Source of the DNA: an uncultured Myxococcales bacterium
GTDB lineage: Bacteria > Myxococcota_A > UBA9042
Assembly: GCA_903869075.1 (NCBI GenBank)
Contig: CAIPXZ010000327.1
Location: 1-51,795 of the forward strand
DNA: 51,795 nucleotides
Reading direction: 5' to 3'
Under the pieces are notes generated by a model, which had not been told where the DNA came from, ran no database searches, and saw nothing but the letters and a program-made list of their open reading frames with translations. This document shows, in pieces, positions 12,529 to 21,575 of the stretch (positions are counted from its first letter, which is position 1; every line of letters starts with the position of its first letter). The translations under genes were made by a program, and so were the position numbers.

Positions 12529-13587
12529 ATGGCGCGCGTGCTGGTGGTCGATGACGAAGATGGGCTGCGCCAGACGATGGCGCTGTTCCTGCGCCGCGCG
12601 GGCCACGTGTGCCGCACTGCCGGCGACGTCGCCCACGCGCTCGCCGATTTGGCGTTGGAGCCGGCGGACGTCATCATCTCGGACATCGTCATGCCCGGCG
12701 GCGGCGGCATCGCGTTGCTGGAGGCGGTGCGGGACCGCGGGTATCGCTCGGAAGTCATCATGGTCACAGGAGAACCGACGGTTGAGACGGCGGTGCAGGC
12801 CATCCGCAGCGGCGCGTTTGATTACGTCGCCAAGCCGCTCAACAGCGTGCGGCTGTGCGAGGCGGTGGCCAGCGCGGCGCGGCTGCGGCAGATCGAGGAC
12901 GAGGACGCGCAGTACCGTCAGGACCTCGAGCGGCTTGTGGAGGCGCGGACGACGAGCCTGCACGAGAGCCTCGAACGGCTGCGGCGGACGATGGAGAACA
13001 CGACGCAGGCGCTTTCACGGGCGCTGGAGATCCGCGATCCGTACACGGCGGGGCACCAGCGGCGGGTGACGCACCTTTCTTGCGCGATCCACGACCGGCT
13101 GCCGGCGGAGCTGCGGCTGACGGCGGCTGGGCGCGACGGCTTGCGCATCGCCGGGCTGCTGCACGATTTGGGTAAGCTCGCGATTCCAGCGGAGATTCTC
13201 GCCAAGCCGGCGCGGTTGTCGAGCCTGGAAATCAACCTGATCCGCGCGCATCCGGTCATCGGCTGGGAGATCCTCAACGGCCTCGATTTTGGCTGGCCGG
13301 TCGCGGACATCGTGCGGCAGCACCACGAGCGCGTGGATGGCACCGGCTATCCCGATGGCCTGAAAGGCGAGGAAATTCGCTTGGAATCCCGCATCCTGGG
13401 CGTGGCCGACGTGCTGGAAGCGATGGCCTCACACCGCCCGTACCGGCCGGCGCTGGGGATTGAGACGGCGCTGGCGGAGATCCGCCGCGGCAGCGGGACG
13501 GCGTTCGACGGCACGATTGTCGAGGCGTGCGTCGGGCTGTTCCTGGAAGACGGCTACGTGCTCGACAGCGGCGCGCCGACCGACTGA
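12529..13587 (+). CDS. response regulator with HD-GYP phosphodiesterase domain (RpfG-like)
   Basis: 352 aa from ATG 12529, with a purine-rich GCGAGGGGG just upstream. REC: MARVLVVDDEDG..IISDIVMPGGGG..VAKP. HD-GYP: LLHDLGKLAIP and HHERVDGTGYPDGL. Confidence 0.9.
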   Translation: MARVLVVDDEDGLRQTMALFLRRAGHVCRTAGDVAHALADLALEPADVIISDIVMPGGGGIALLEAVRDRGYRSEVIMVTGEPTVETAVQAIRSGAFDYVAKPLNSVRLCEAVASAARLRQIEDEDAQYRQDLERLVEARTTSLHESLERLRRTMENTTQALSRALEIRDPYTAGHQRRVTHLSCAIHDRLPAELRLTAAGRDGLRIAGLLHDLGKLAIPAEILAKPARLSSLEINLIRAHPVIGWEILNGLDFGWPVADIVRQHHERVDGTGYPDGLKGEEIRLESRILGVADVLEAMASHRPYRPALGIETALAEIRRGSGTAFDGTIVEACVGLFLEDGYVLDSGAPTD

Positions 13588-13602
13588 TCCAGCGCCGGCA
13601 AG

Positions 13603-13797
13603 CTAGGCGTCCAGGCTCACGCAGGCGTCCACCGGGCAGACTTCAGCGCACTGCGGCTTGGGGTTAAAACCCACGCATTCCGTGCACTTGACCGGGTCGA
13701 TGACGAAAAAGTCGCTGCCCTCGCTGATCGCGTGGTTCGGGCACTCGGGCTCGCAGGCGCCACAGCTGTTGCAGTCGTCGGTAATCTTGAAAGCCAT
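13603..13797 (-). CDS. 2[4Fe-4S] ferredoxin (Alvin/YfhL-type spacing), last gene of the nuo operon
   Basis: 64 aa. Motifs [12 protein letters not shown] (CxxCxxCxxxCP) and [18 protein letters not shown] (CxxCx8CxxxCP). GGAGGA lies upstream of the ATG. It sits ~35 nt after the nuoN stop on the same strand. Confidence 0.9.
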   Translation of the reverse strand: MAFKITDDCNSCGACEPECPNHAISEGSDFFVIDPVKCTECVGFNPKPQCAEVCPVDACVSLDA

Positions 13798-13832
13798 CAC
13801 ATCCTCCGAAAGAAATCAAAATGCCCTGGCGC

Positions 13833-15263
13833 TCACTGCCCCAGGGTCTGCAGCCATACGACGGCGCTGGCACGCACCGCTTCGTAGACCGTTGGCACGA
13901 CGCCGAGCAGCATGGACGCCGCCGTCGTCACCAACAGCGTGCCGCTGAGCAGCGCGCCGGGCTTGAGCGGCACGGCGCCGTCCGCCGGCGCTTCGATGTA
14001 CATCTGGCGGACGATCCGCAGGTAGTAGTACAGCGAAATGGTTGAATTCACTGCGGCAACGCCGACGAGCCAGTGGTAGCCAGCCTGCGCCGTCACCGAA
14101 AACAGCAGGAATTTGCCGACAAAGCCCGACAGCGGCGGGATGCCGGCGAGGCCGAAGAGACCGAGCATCATCGCCAGCGCCAAGAGCGGATTGAGCTGCG
14201 AAAGCCCACGATAATCGGTGATTTGCGTGCTGCCGGTCTGTTGGTTGTGCAAGATAATCACAGCGAAAACCGAGAGGTTGGTCACGGCGTAGACAAGCAG
14301 GTAAAACACCATCGCCGCCGCGCCGACGCTGCCGGCCCCGAGAAAGCCGAGCAGCAGGTAGCCGGCTTGCGAAATCGCTGAAAACGCCATGAACCGCAGG
14401 ATGTTGCGCTGGACGATGGCGACCAGGTTGCCCAGCGTCATTGTCGCCGTGGCCAGCAGCGCGATGGCGAAGCTGGCGTCGTGCAGGAACGGCCGGAACA
14501 CGTGGAACGCCACGAGCAGCAGCACCGCCAGGCCCGCGGCCTTGGACGCCACCGACAGCCACGCCGTCACCGGCGGCGGCGCGCCCTGGTAGACCTCCGG
14601 CGCCCACATGTGGAACGGCACGAGCGTCAGCTTGAAGCCCACGCCGGCGACGACGAGCGCCGCGGCAAACAGCGTCGTGCGGTCGGCGTGCAGCAGCGCC
14701 GGCATGGCGTCCAGGCGCATGGTGCCGGTCAAGCCGTACAGCAGGCCGAAACCGTAGAGCAGCAGCGCCGACGCCAGCGCGCCGATGACCATGTACTTCA
14801 GCCCCGCCTCGCCGCCCAGCGCGTCGCGCCGCCACGCCGCCAGCAGGAACAGCGGGATGGTCGCCAGCTCCAGCGCCACGTACAGCGTGATGAGATCGCG
14901 GGTCGACGCCAGCAGCAGCATGCCGGACAGGTTGAACAGCAGGATCGTCAGGAATTCCCCAGGGCTATGCAGCTTGCGCAGCTCCGGCGCGGCGCTCGCC
15001 AGCACGCCCGACGTCAGCGCGACGGTCAGCAACGCCGCGACGAGGAACGTCAGCTTGAACCACCACGCAAGGCCGTCCATCGCGAAGCGACCGCCCAGCA
15101 GCACGCCGTGGTCGGGCGTCCCCAGCAGCGCCAGCCCCGCGCCGGCGATGCCGGCCATGGCCAGCGGCACCAGCAGGTCGCGCTGCTTGTCGGTCAGGAA
15201 CAGGTCGAGCACGAGCAGCAGGAAGCCCGTGGCGACGACGATGAGTTCTGGCAGCATCAGCAT
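13833..15263 (-). CDS. nuoN: NADH-quinone oxidoreductase (complex I) subunit N
   Basis: 476-aa polytopic antiporter-like protein, third in the conserved L-M-N order, 12 nt after nuoM. Confidence 0.9.
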   Translation of the reverse strand: MLMLPELIVVATGFLLLVLDLFLTDKQRDLLVPLAMAGIAGAGLALLGTPDHGVLLGGRFAMDGLAWWFKLTFLVAALLTVALTSGVLASAAPELRKLHSPGEFLTILLFNLSGMLLLASTRDLITLYVALELATIPLFLLAAWRRDALGGEAGLKYMVIGALASALLLYGFGLLYGLTGTMRLDAMPALLHADRTTLFAAALVVAGVGFKLTLVPFHMWAPEVYQGAPPPVTAWLSVASKAAGLAVLLLVAFHVFRPFLHDASFAIALLATATMTLGNLVAIVQRNILRFMAFSAISQAGYLLLGFLGAGSVGAAAMVFYLLVYAVTNLSVFAVIILHNQQTGSTQITDYRGLSQLNPLLALAMMLGLFGLAGIPPLSGFVGKFLLFSVTAQAGYHWLVGVAAVNSTISLYYYLRIVRQMYIEAPADGAVPLKPGALLSGTLLVTTAASMLLGVVPTVYEAVRASAVVWLQTLGQ

Positions 15264-15275
15264 GGCGCGCGGTCC

Positions 15276-16823
15276 TTACACGTGCCCCGCGACCGCAAGT
15301 CCGGTCGCGTGCAGGCGGTTCACAAACGGCAGGAGCGCGCTCTCGATCAAGTCGATGAGCAAGCCCGGCACCAGGCCAACGACGGCGAGCGTCACCACGA
15401 GGATGCCGGTCGACAGCTTCTCGGTGAGCGTGGCGTCAGTGAGCTGGTCAAAATGGTGGTCGGTAATCGGCCCCTGGAAGACCTTGGCGAGGCCGCGCAG
15501 CACATAGACGGCGGTCACGACGATCGACAGCGTGGCGATGACGGTCAGCGCGCGGGTGGCGAGCGGGTCCGACCAGGCGTTGCCGAAGAAGCCGCCCATG
15601 AAGACGTGCGACTCAGCGACGAAGCCGGCGAAGCCGGGCAAGCCGAGCGATGCCATGCCGGCGATGTAAAAGCAGACCGCGAGCCACGGCATCACTTTGG
15701 CCAAGCCGCCCATGTCCGGGATGATGCGCGTGTGCGTGCGGCCGTAGACCATGCCGATGAGCGCGAAGAACAGGCCGGTCATGACGCCGTGGCTGAACAT
15801 CTGCAGGACGGCGCCCTTGAAGCCCATCAAGTTCAAGCTGGCGACGCCGAAGAGCACGAAGCCACAGTGGCTGACCGAGGAATACGCCGTGAAGAACTTG
15901 AGGTCGGTCTGCTTGATGGCGCCGAACGCGCCGTAGAGGATGTTGATTGTCGTCAGCGCCATGAAGAAGAGGCCCCAATACTGGGCGCCTTCAGGCAGCA
16001 GGTACACGCCGATGCGCAGCGCGCCGTAGCCGCCGAGCTTCATCAGCACACCGGCGTGCAGCATGGACACCGCCGTCGGCGCGGACGCATGGCCATCGGG
16101 CGACCAGGTGTGAAACGGGTACAGCGCGCCAAGCACGCCGAAACCGATGAAAATCAGCGGGAAAACCCAGCGCTGCATCTCGACCGGATAGTGGTGCTGG
16201 GCGAGCTGCGTCAAATCGAACGTCGTGCCGCCGGCGTAGTGGTACAGCGCCAGCATGCCGACAAGGATGAACGCCGAGCCGACCATGAGCATCAGCGTCA
16301 GCTTCATCGCCGAGTATTCCTTGGGACCGGTGCCCCAGACGCCGATGAGCAGGTACATCGGCAACACCGCGACTTCATAGAACATGAAGAACAGGAACAG
16401 GTCGAAGCTGAGGAACACGCCGAACACGCCGGTGACGAGCACGAGCAGCAGCGCGAAGAATTCCTTGGTGCGCACCACGACGTTCCAGCTTGCCAGGACG
16501 CCGGTGAAGATGATGATCGACGTCAGGATGACCATCGCCATTGTCACGCCGTCGATGCCGACGAGGTAGTCGACGCCGAGCGACTTGAACCACGGGATGC
16601 GCTCGACGAGGTACAGCTTGGTCAGCGTCGCCGTCTTGGCCAACGCGATGTCCGGCGACGCAAGCTGCCAGAACTGCACTGTCGTCACCGCCGTCAGCAC
16701 CAGGTGCGCGCCCGTGCCGAGCAGCGACACCCAGCGGATCAGCTCCGGACGGCGCGCCGGCGCCGCGAGCACGGCCAGCGCGGTCAGAAACGGCAACAAA
16801 ATGAGCCAACTTGCCAGACCCAT
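15276..16823 (-). CDS. nuoM: complex I subunit M
   Basis: 515-aa antiporter-like membrane protein (..WSPDGHASAPTAVSMLHAGVLMKLGGYG..), 3 nt after nuoL. Confidence 0.9.
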   Translation of the reverse strand: MGLASWLILLPFLTALAVLAAPARRPELIRWVSLLGTGAHLVLTAVTTVQFWQLASPDIALAKTATLTKLYLVERIPWFKSLGVDYLVGIDGVTMAMVILTSIIIFTGVLASWNVVVRTKEFFALLLVLVTGVFGVFLSFDLFLFFMFYEVAVLPMYLLIGVWGTGPKEYSAMKLTLMLMVGSAFILVGMLALYHYAGGTTFDLTQLAQHHYPVEMQRWVFPLIFIGFGVLGALYPFHTWSPDGHASAPTAVSMLHAGVLMKLGGYGALRIGVYLLPEGAQYWGLFFMALTTINILYGAFGAIKQTDLKFFTAYSSVSHCGFVLFGVASLNLMGFKGAVLQMFSHGVMTGLFFALIGMVYGRTHTRIIPDMGGLAKVMPWLAVCFYIAGMASLGLPGFAGFVAESHVFMGGFFGNAWSDPLATRALTVIATLSIVVTAVYVLRGLAKVFQGPITDHHFDQLTDATLTEKLSTGILVVTLAVVGLVPGLLIDLIESALLPFVNRLHATGLAVAGHV

Positions 16824-16826
16824 GAG

Positions 16827-18812
16827 CTAATTGCCTCCCGACTTCAGCACGCCCCAGAGCACCACGACCGCGGCGATCGCCCCGGAAACCAGCCACGAGC
16901 CGTAGGTCTGCACCTGGCCGGTCTGCAGCTTGCCGAGCAGCAGGCCCGCGGTGCGCGTGAACCAGCCGCTCAAGTTGACGGCGCCGTCGACGATGTGGCG
17001 GTCAAACCAGGCGATCGGCGCGGCGACGAAGCGGAAGATGAGGCTGTGGGTGACGTAGAGGTAGAGTTCGTCGAAGTAGAATTTGGCCTTGATTGTCGTG
17101 TAGATGCGGCCGAGCTTGGCGACAAGGGCGTTGGCGCGGTCGGGGGCGCCGCCGTACAGCAGCCAGGCGAGGCCGATGCCGGCGAGCGCGAGGACGGTGG
17201 ACGGGATCGCGACGGCGAGGTCGATGCCCTCGTGCTCCGCCGGGCTGCCGGGCAGCTGGACCCACTCGGGGATCGGGATGAAGCCGGCGCCGATGCTCAG
17301 CACGCCAAGGAACGCCATCGGCCCGAGCATGATCCACGGCGACTCGTGCGCGTGGTGCGCGTGCTCGCTGCGGGCGTCGCCCCAGAAGGTCACGAAATAA
17401 ATGCGGAACATGTAGAACGCCGTCATGCCGGCGACCAGCAGCCCGACGCCGAAGACGACGGTGTGGCCCGAGTGCAACGCCGCGGCGAGGATCTCGTCCT
17501 TGGAGAAAAAGCCCGCGAGCGGGTAGATGCCGGCGATGGCCAGCGTGGCGATGAGAAACAGCGCGTGCGTCACCGGCATGTGCTTGCGCAGGCCGCCCAT
17601 GTGCCAGATATCATTGGAATGTACAGCGTGGATGACCGAGCCGGCGCCGAGGAACAGCAGCGCCTTGAAGAACGCGTGGGTGAACAGGTGGAACATCGCC
17701 GCGGAGTAGCCCAGCGGATGGGCGAACGAGGCGACGCCGAGCGCGAACATCATGTAGCCCAGCTGCGACAGCGTGGAGAACGCGAGCACGCGTTTGATGT
17801 CGTCCTGCGTGCAGCCGATGACAGCGGCGAAAAGGCTTGTGAAGGCGCCGATGCACATGACGACGGTCAGCGCCTCGCCCGAGGTGGCGAAGATCGGGAA
17901 GCAGCGCGCGACCAAGTAGACGCCGGCGACGACCATCGTGGCGGCGTGGATGAGCGCGGAGACCGGCGTCGGCCCTTCCATCGCGTCCGGCAGCCAGATA
18001 TGCAGCGGAAACATGGCGCTTTTGCCGGCGCCGCCGGTGTAGATGAGCACCGCCGCCAGCGTCAGCACGCCGACGCCGAGGAAGTGCACGTTCAGCCCGG
18101 ACAGCTGCGCGAGCACGTCCGGGCGCGTGAGGAAGGCGAAATCGAGCGGCTGCTGACCGGCGACGCTGACAGCGGGCAGCGCGGCGAAGATCTGGCTGGC
18201 GTAGAACCCGAGCACGAGGATGCCGAGGAAGAAGCCGAGGTCGGCGAAGCGCGTGACGATAAAGGCTTTCTTGGAGGCGGAGACCGCCGACGGCTTCTCG
18301 AAGTAAAAGCCGATGAGGAAGAACGAGCTGGCGCCGACCAGCTCCCAGCACACGTACATCTGCACGAGGTTGGGCGCCAGCACCAGGCCCAACATGCTGA
18401 ACGTAAACAGGTTCAGGAACGCGAAGTAGCGGGCGTAACCCGGTTCGCCGTGCATGTAGCCGGTCGAATAGAGGTGCACGAGCGTCGAGACCGTCGTCAC
18501 AACCACCAGCAGCATCACGGAAATCGGGTCCAGCAGCGTGCCGATCGCGATGCCGAAGCCATCCTGGAAGTGCAGCCACATCGCCGACCACGGAACCAGC
18601 GACGGCAGCGGCTGGCCGTGCGGCACCAGGTGCAGGAAATCCCACGCCAGCAGCCAGGACAGCCCGGCGGACGTCGCCACCGCCAGCGTCGCCACCGCGC
18701 CCGCGAGGCGCTCCGAGACCGGCCGCAGCACCAAGCCAACCAGCAGGAATGACAGCAGCGGAATGGCCGGAATCAGCCAGGCGTGGGTCAGGATGAAGGA
18801 GAGCGGCTGCAT
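16827..18812 (-). CDS. nuoL: complex I subunit L
   Basis: 661-aa antiporter-like protein (..LPDAMEGPTPVSALIHAATMVVAGVYL..) with the long C-terminal extension typical of NuoL. Confidence 0.9.
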   Translation of the reverse strand: MQPLSFILTHAWLIPAIPLLSFLLVGLVLRPVSERLAGAVATLAVATSAGLSWLLAWDFLHLVPHGQPLPSLVPWSAMWLHFQDGFGIAIGTLLDPISVMLLVVVTTVSTLVHLYSTGYMHGEPGYARYFAFLNLFTFSMLGLVLAPNLVQMYVCWELVGASSFFLIGFYFEKPSAVSASKKAFIVTRFADLGFFLGILVLGFYASQIFAALPAVSVAGQQPLDFAFLTRPDVLAQLSGLNVHFLGVGVLTLAAVLIYTGGAGKSAMFPLHIWLPDAMEGPTPVSALIHAATMVVAGVYLVARCFPIFATSGEALTVVMCIGAFTSLFAAVIGCTQDDIKRVLAFSTLSQLGYMMFALGVASFAHPLGYSAAMFHLFTHAFFKALLFLGAGSVIHAVHSNDIWHMGGLRKHMPVTHALFLIATLAIAGIYPLAGFFSKDEILAAALHSGHTVVFGVGLLVAGMTAFYMFRIYFVTFWGDARSEHAHHAHESPWIMLGPMAFLGVLSIGAGFIPIPEWVQLPGSPAEHEGIDLAVAIPSTVLALAGIGLAWLLYGGAPDRANALVAKLGRIYTTIKAKFYFDELYLYVTHSLIFRFVAAPIAWFDRHIVDGAVNLSGWFTRTAGLLLGKLQTGQVQTYGSWLVSGAIAAVVVLWGVLKSGGN

Positions 18813-18815
18813 GGT

Positions 18816-19166
18816 TCAGTCCTTCAGGGCGTCCAGGCGGGTGACGTCGACGGTGCGACGCTCGGCGTACATCGCCACGAAGATTGCCATGCCGACGACG
18901 ACTTCCGCCGCGGCGACCGCGATGACGAAGATGGTCATGACCGCGCCGTCGAGGCGCTCAGCGCCGCCGAGGTTCGTTGGCGCAAGATAGCGATTGAACA
19001 GGACAAAATTGACGGCCGCGGCGTTCAGGCACAGCTCCAGGGACATCAGCACGCCGACGGCGTTGCGCCGCGTCAACATGCCGTAGATGCCAATGGAAAA
19101 CAGCGCGGACGTCAGCACGAGCCAGTGCGTGAGCGTGGGCGCGTGGTTGGCGAGGAAATCACCCAT
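18816..19166 (-). CDS. nuoK: complex I subunit K
   Basis: 116 aa from ATG 19166 (MGDFLANHAPTLTHWLVLTSALFSIGIYGMLTRRNAV..LELCLNAA), with 3 TM segments. It overlaps the nuoJ stop by 8 nt. Confidence 0.85.
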   Translation of the reverse strand: MGDFLANHAPTLTHWLVLTSALFSIGIYGMLTRRNAVGVLMSLELCLNAAAVNFVLFNRYLAPTNLGGAERLDGAVMTIFVIAVAAAEVVVGMAIFVAMYAERRTVDVTRLDALKD

Positions 19167-19707
19167 GGTGCACCTCCGACTTGACGAGCGCCGCCGGCTT
19201 GCGGGCGATGACGATGCCGCCAATCATCGCCGCCAACAGCAGCAGCGAGACGACTTCAAACGGCAGCGCGTAGCCGTTTTCACCGGTATCCAGCAGCGCG
19301 CGGCCAATCGCCGCGACGTCATTCTTGGGCAGCGCCGTCAGCGCGCGGTTGGCAAAAACCGGCGCGGTCATCATGCAGTACGAGAGGCCAAAGAACGTCA
19401 GCGCCACCGCGCCGCCCAGCAGCTGCCGCCCGCGCGTCGGGTGGTCCTCCAGCAGCTCGGTCGTGCGCGTCAGCATCACCGCGAACACAAGCAGCACGAC
19501 GATGCCGCCGACGTACACGAGCACCTGCACGCCCGCGAGGAACGGCGAATCCAGCAGCAGGTACAGCCCGGCGCTCGCCGCCAGCACACCCATCAGCGAC
19601 ACCGCCGCGCGCAGGATGCGCCGGCCAGTCACGACCGACCACGCCAGCGTCAGCGAGATCGCCGCCAGCAGGTAAAAGATCAGCGTCGGCAGGGCGTTAG
19701 CCAGCAT
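19159..19707 (-). CDS. nuoJ: complex I subunit J
   Basis: 182 aa from ATG 19707 (MLANALPTLIFYLLAAISL..VQVLVYVGGIVVLLVFAVML). It overlaps the nuoI stop by 11 nt. Confidence 0.85.
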   Translation of the reverse strand: MLANALPTLIFYLLAAISLTLAWSVVTGRRILRAAVSLMGVLAASAGLYLLLDSPFLAGVQVLVYVGGIVVLLVFAVMLTRTTELLEDHPTRGRQLLGGAVALTFFGLSYCMMTAPVFANRALTALPKNDVAAIGRALLDTGENGYALPFEVVSLLLLAAMIGGIVIARKPAALVKSEVHHG

Positions 19708-20461
19708 CTTCAGCCTCCCCAGCCGGCGCCGCCGCGGCCGCGGCTTTCTTGGCCAAGCGCGCCACCCGCGCCGCCTCACGCGCGGCTTTCTCCGCGATCT
19801 TCTTGGCCTTTTGCTTTTCGATCAGCGCCTCGATCACCGCGTGGCCGCCGTACGGGTCGCGCGGATCCATCGCCGCCTTGCGGGCGTCCGGGTCCTCGAT
19901 CTTTTCCAGCACTGACGCCACCGGACCGGCGTACTGGTTCAGCGTGTACGACAGCAGGCGGCGATCGTAGACCGACGACTCGAACGTGCCGTCAAAGCGC
20001 AGCACACCGAACGGGCAGACCATCACGCAGGTGTTGCAGAACGTGCAGCTGTCCAGGCGCCAGACGAACGAATCGAGCTCTTTTTTGCTCACCGCCGGCT
20101 TCTCGCGGCCGGTGATGATGATGCTGACGTTCGGGCAGGCTTCCTCGCAAATGCGGCACATCGTGCACTTGTGGTAGCCGTTGGCGTCGTGGTTGAACGC
20201 GAGCTGGGCGCGGAAGCGGTCGGGCAGCTTCAGCGTCTCGCGGTTCTCCGGGTATTCCTGCGTCACCACGGTCGACGGGCGCATCAGGTAGCCGACGGTG
20301 ACCTTCATGCCGCTGAACAGCGAGCGGATGCCCTTGAAAACGCCGCCGATGGCGCCGGACGTGTCGATCCATGGCACCGGACCGGCGACGGCGCCGCCCG
20401 TGCCGACGTGCTTTTCCGGCGGTGGCAAGACTTCAGGGACTGCGATCGACTCGTCGGACAT
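19697..20461 (-). CDS. nuoI: complex I subunit I (2x[4Fe-4S]) with N-terminal extension and Lys/Ala-rich C-terminal tail
   Basis: 254 aa from ATG 20461. Motifs CTMCRICEEACP and CTFCNTCVMVCP. The tail reads ..EKQKAKKIAEKAAREAARVARLAKKAAAAAAPAGEAEDAG. Confidence 0.9.
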   Translation of the reverse strand: MSDESIAVPEVLPPPEKHVGTGGAVAGPVPWIDTSGAIGGVFKGIRSLFSGMKVTVGYLMRPSTVVTQEYPENRETLKLPDRFRAQLAFNHDANGYHKCTMCRICEEACPNVSIIITGREKPAVSKKELDSFVWRLDSCTFCNTCVMVCPFGVLRFDGTFESSVYDRRLLSYTLNQYAGPVASVLEKIEDPDARKAAMDPRDPYGGHAVIEALIEKQKAKKIAEKAAREAARVARLAKKAAAAAAPAGEAEDAG

Positions 20462-20468
20462 GACCAAC

Positions 20469-21566
20469 CTACCGCGCGAAAAAGTAGAAGCCCGTCACGA
20501 CGCACGCCGCCGAGACGAAGAGGTTCACGAAGCCAATCGGCAGCAGGATCTTCCACTCCAGCCGCATCAGCTGGTCGACACGCAAGCGCGGGAAAGTCCA
20601 GCGGAACCACATGAGCAAGAAGATGATGGCCGTGGTCTTGAGCGTGAACCACAGCCCGGGCGGCAGCAGGTCCATGACGCCGTTGAACGCCGCGAAGTGG
20701 CCCCCAACTCCGCTTGGGCCAACGTGCAAGGGCATCCAGCCGCCGAAGAACAGCGTTGACGCCATGGCGGCGAGCACGAACATGTTGAGGAATTCCGAGA
20801 GGAAAAAGAACGAGAAGCGCAACCCCGAGTATTCCGTGTGGAAACCGGCGGTCAGCTCGCTCTCGCCTTCGGCCAGGTCAAACGGCGTGCGGTTGATTTC
20901 GGCGGTGCCGGCGATCATGAAGATGGCGAAGGCGACAAGGCCGCAGCCGTGCGCCCGCCAGATCCACCAGCCGGTGTCCTGCGACTGGATGATGCCCGAG
21001 AGCTGCAGCGTGCCGGCGAAGACGACGACAACGAGCAGCGCCAAAGTCGCTGAAACTTCGTAGGAAATAATCTGCGCACCGGCGCGCATGGCGCCCAGCA
21101 GCGACCACTTGTTGTTGGAACTCCAGCCGCCCAGCAGGATGCCCAGCACGCCCAGGCCGCTGACGGCGGTCACGTAGAGCACGCCGATGTTCATGTCCGC
21201 GACTTGCAGCGACGGGCTCATCGGCAGCGCGATCATCACCAGCAGCATGCCGGCAAAGCTGAGCACCGGCGCGAGGATATGCAGCAGCGCGTCGGCGTCG
21301 CGCGGCACCACGTCCTCTTTCATCAGCAGCTTGATGGCGTCGGCGATGGACTGCAGCACGCCGTGCCAGCCCACGCGCATGGGACCGACGCGGCACTGGA
21401 AGTGCGCGGCGATCTTGCGCTCGGCGTAGATCAGCACCAAGCCGGCGACCGTCACGAACGCGGTCACCGCGAGGATGGTCAGCAGCACGTACAGCGCCGC
21501 GGTCCACGGACTGCCCGGCAGCAGTTCACCGGTGCGCTGGGCGATGGTTTTGACTTGCCAGGCCAT
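20469..21566 (-). CDS. nuoH: complex I subunit H
   Basis: 365-aa membrane protein (..YAERKIAAHFQCRVGPMRVGWHGVLQSIADAIKLL.. and FDLAEGESELTAGFHTEYSG). It starts 9 nt after the nuoD stop, so there is no room for nuoE/F/G. Confidence 0.9.
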   Translation of the reverse strand: MAWQVKTIAQRTGELLPGSPWTAALYVLLTILAVTAFVTVAGLVLIYAERKIAAHFQCRVGPMRVGWHGVLQSIADAIKLLMKEDVVPRDADALLHILAPVLSFAGMLLVMIALPMSPSLQVADMNIGVLYVTAVSGLGVLGILLGGWSSNNKWSLLGAMRAGAQIISYEVSATLALLVVVVFAGTLQLSGIIQSQDTGWWIWRAHGCGLVAFAIFMIAGTAEINRTPFDLAEGESELTAGFHTEYSGLRFSFFFLSEFLNMFVLAAMASTLFFGGWMPLHVGPSGVGGHFAAFNGVMDLLPPGLWFTLKTTAIIFLLMWFRWTFPRLRVDQLMRLEWKILLPIGFVNLFVSAACVVTGFYFFAR

Positions 21567-21575
21567 CGGAATTCC

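Noticed and set aside
12171-12803. 211-aa N-terminal extension of the topoisomerase III ORF
   Set aside because: Toprim domains start at the very N-terminus (VRLILSEKPS). The extension is Pro/Arg/Ser-rich and would overlap the divergent regulator gene and its promoter.
14481-18752. 1423-aa ORF on the + strand spanning nuoN, nuoM and nuoL
   Set aside because: It lies antisense to three clearly recognisable membrane subunits. Its translation is Arg/Gln/His/Asp-rich low complexity with no motif. This is a typical stop-free shadow frame in very GC-rich (GC3-biased) genes.
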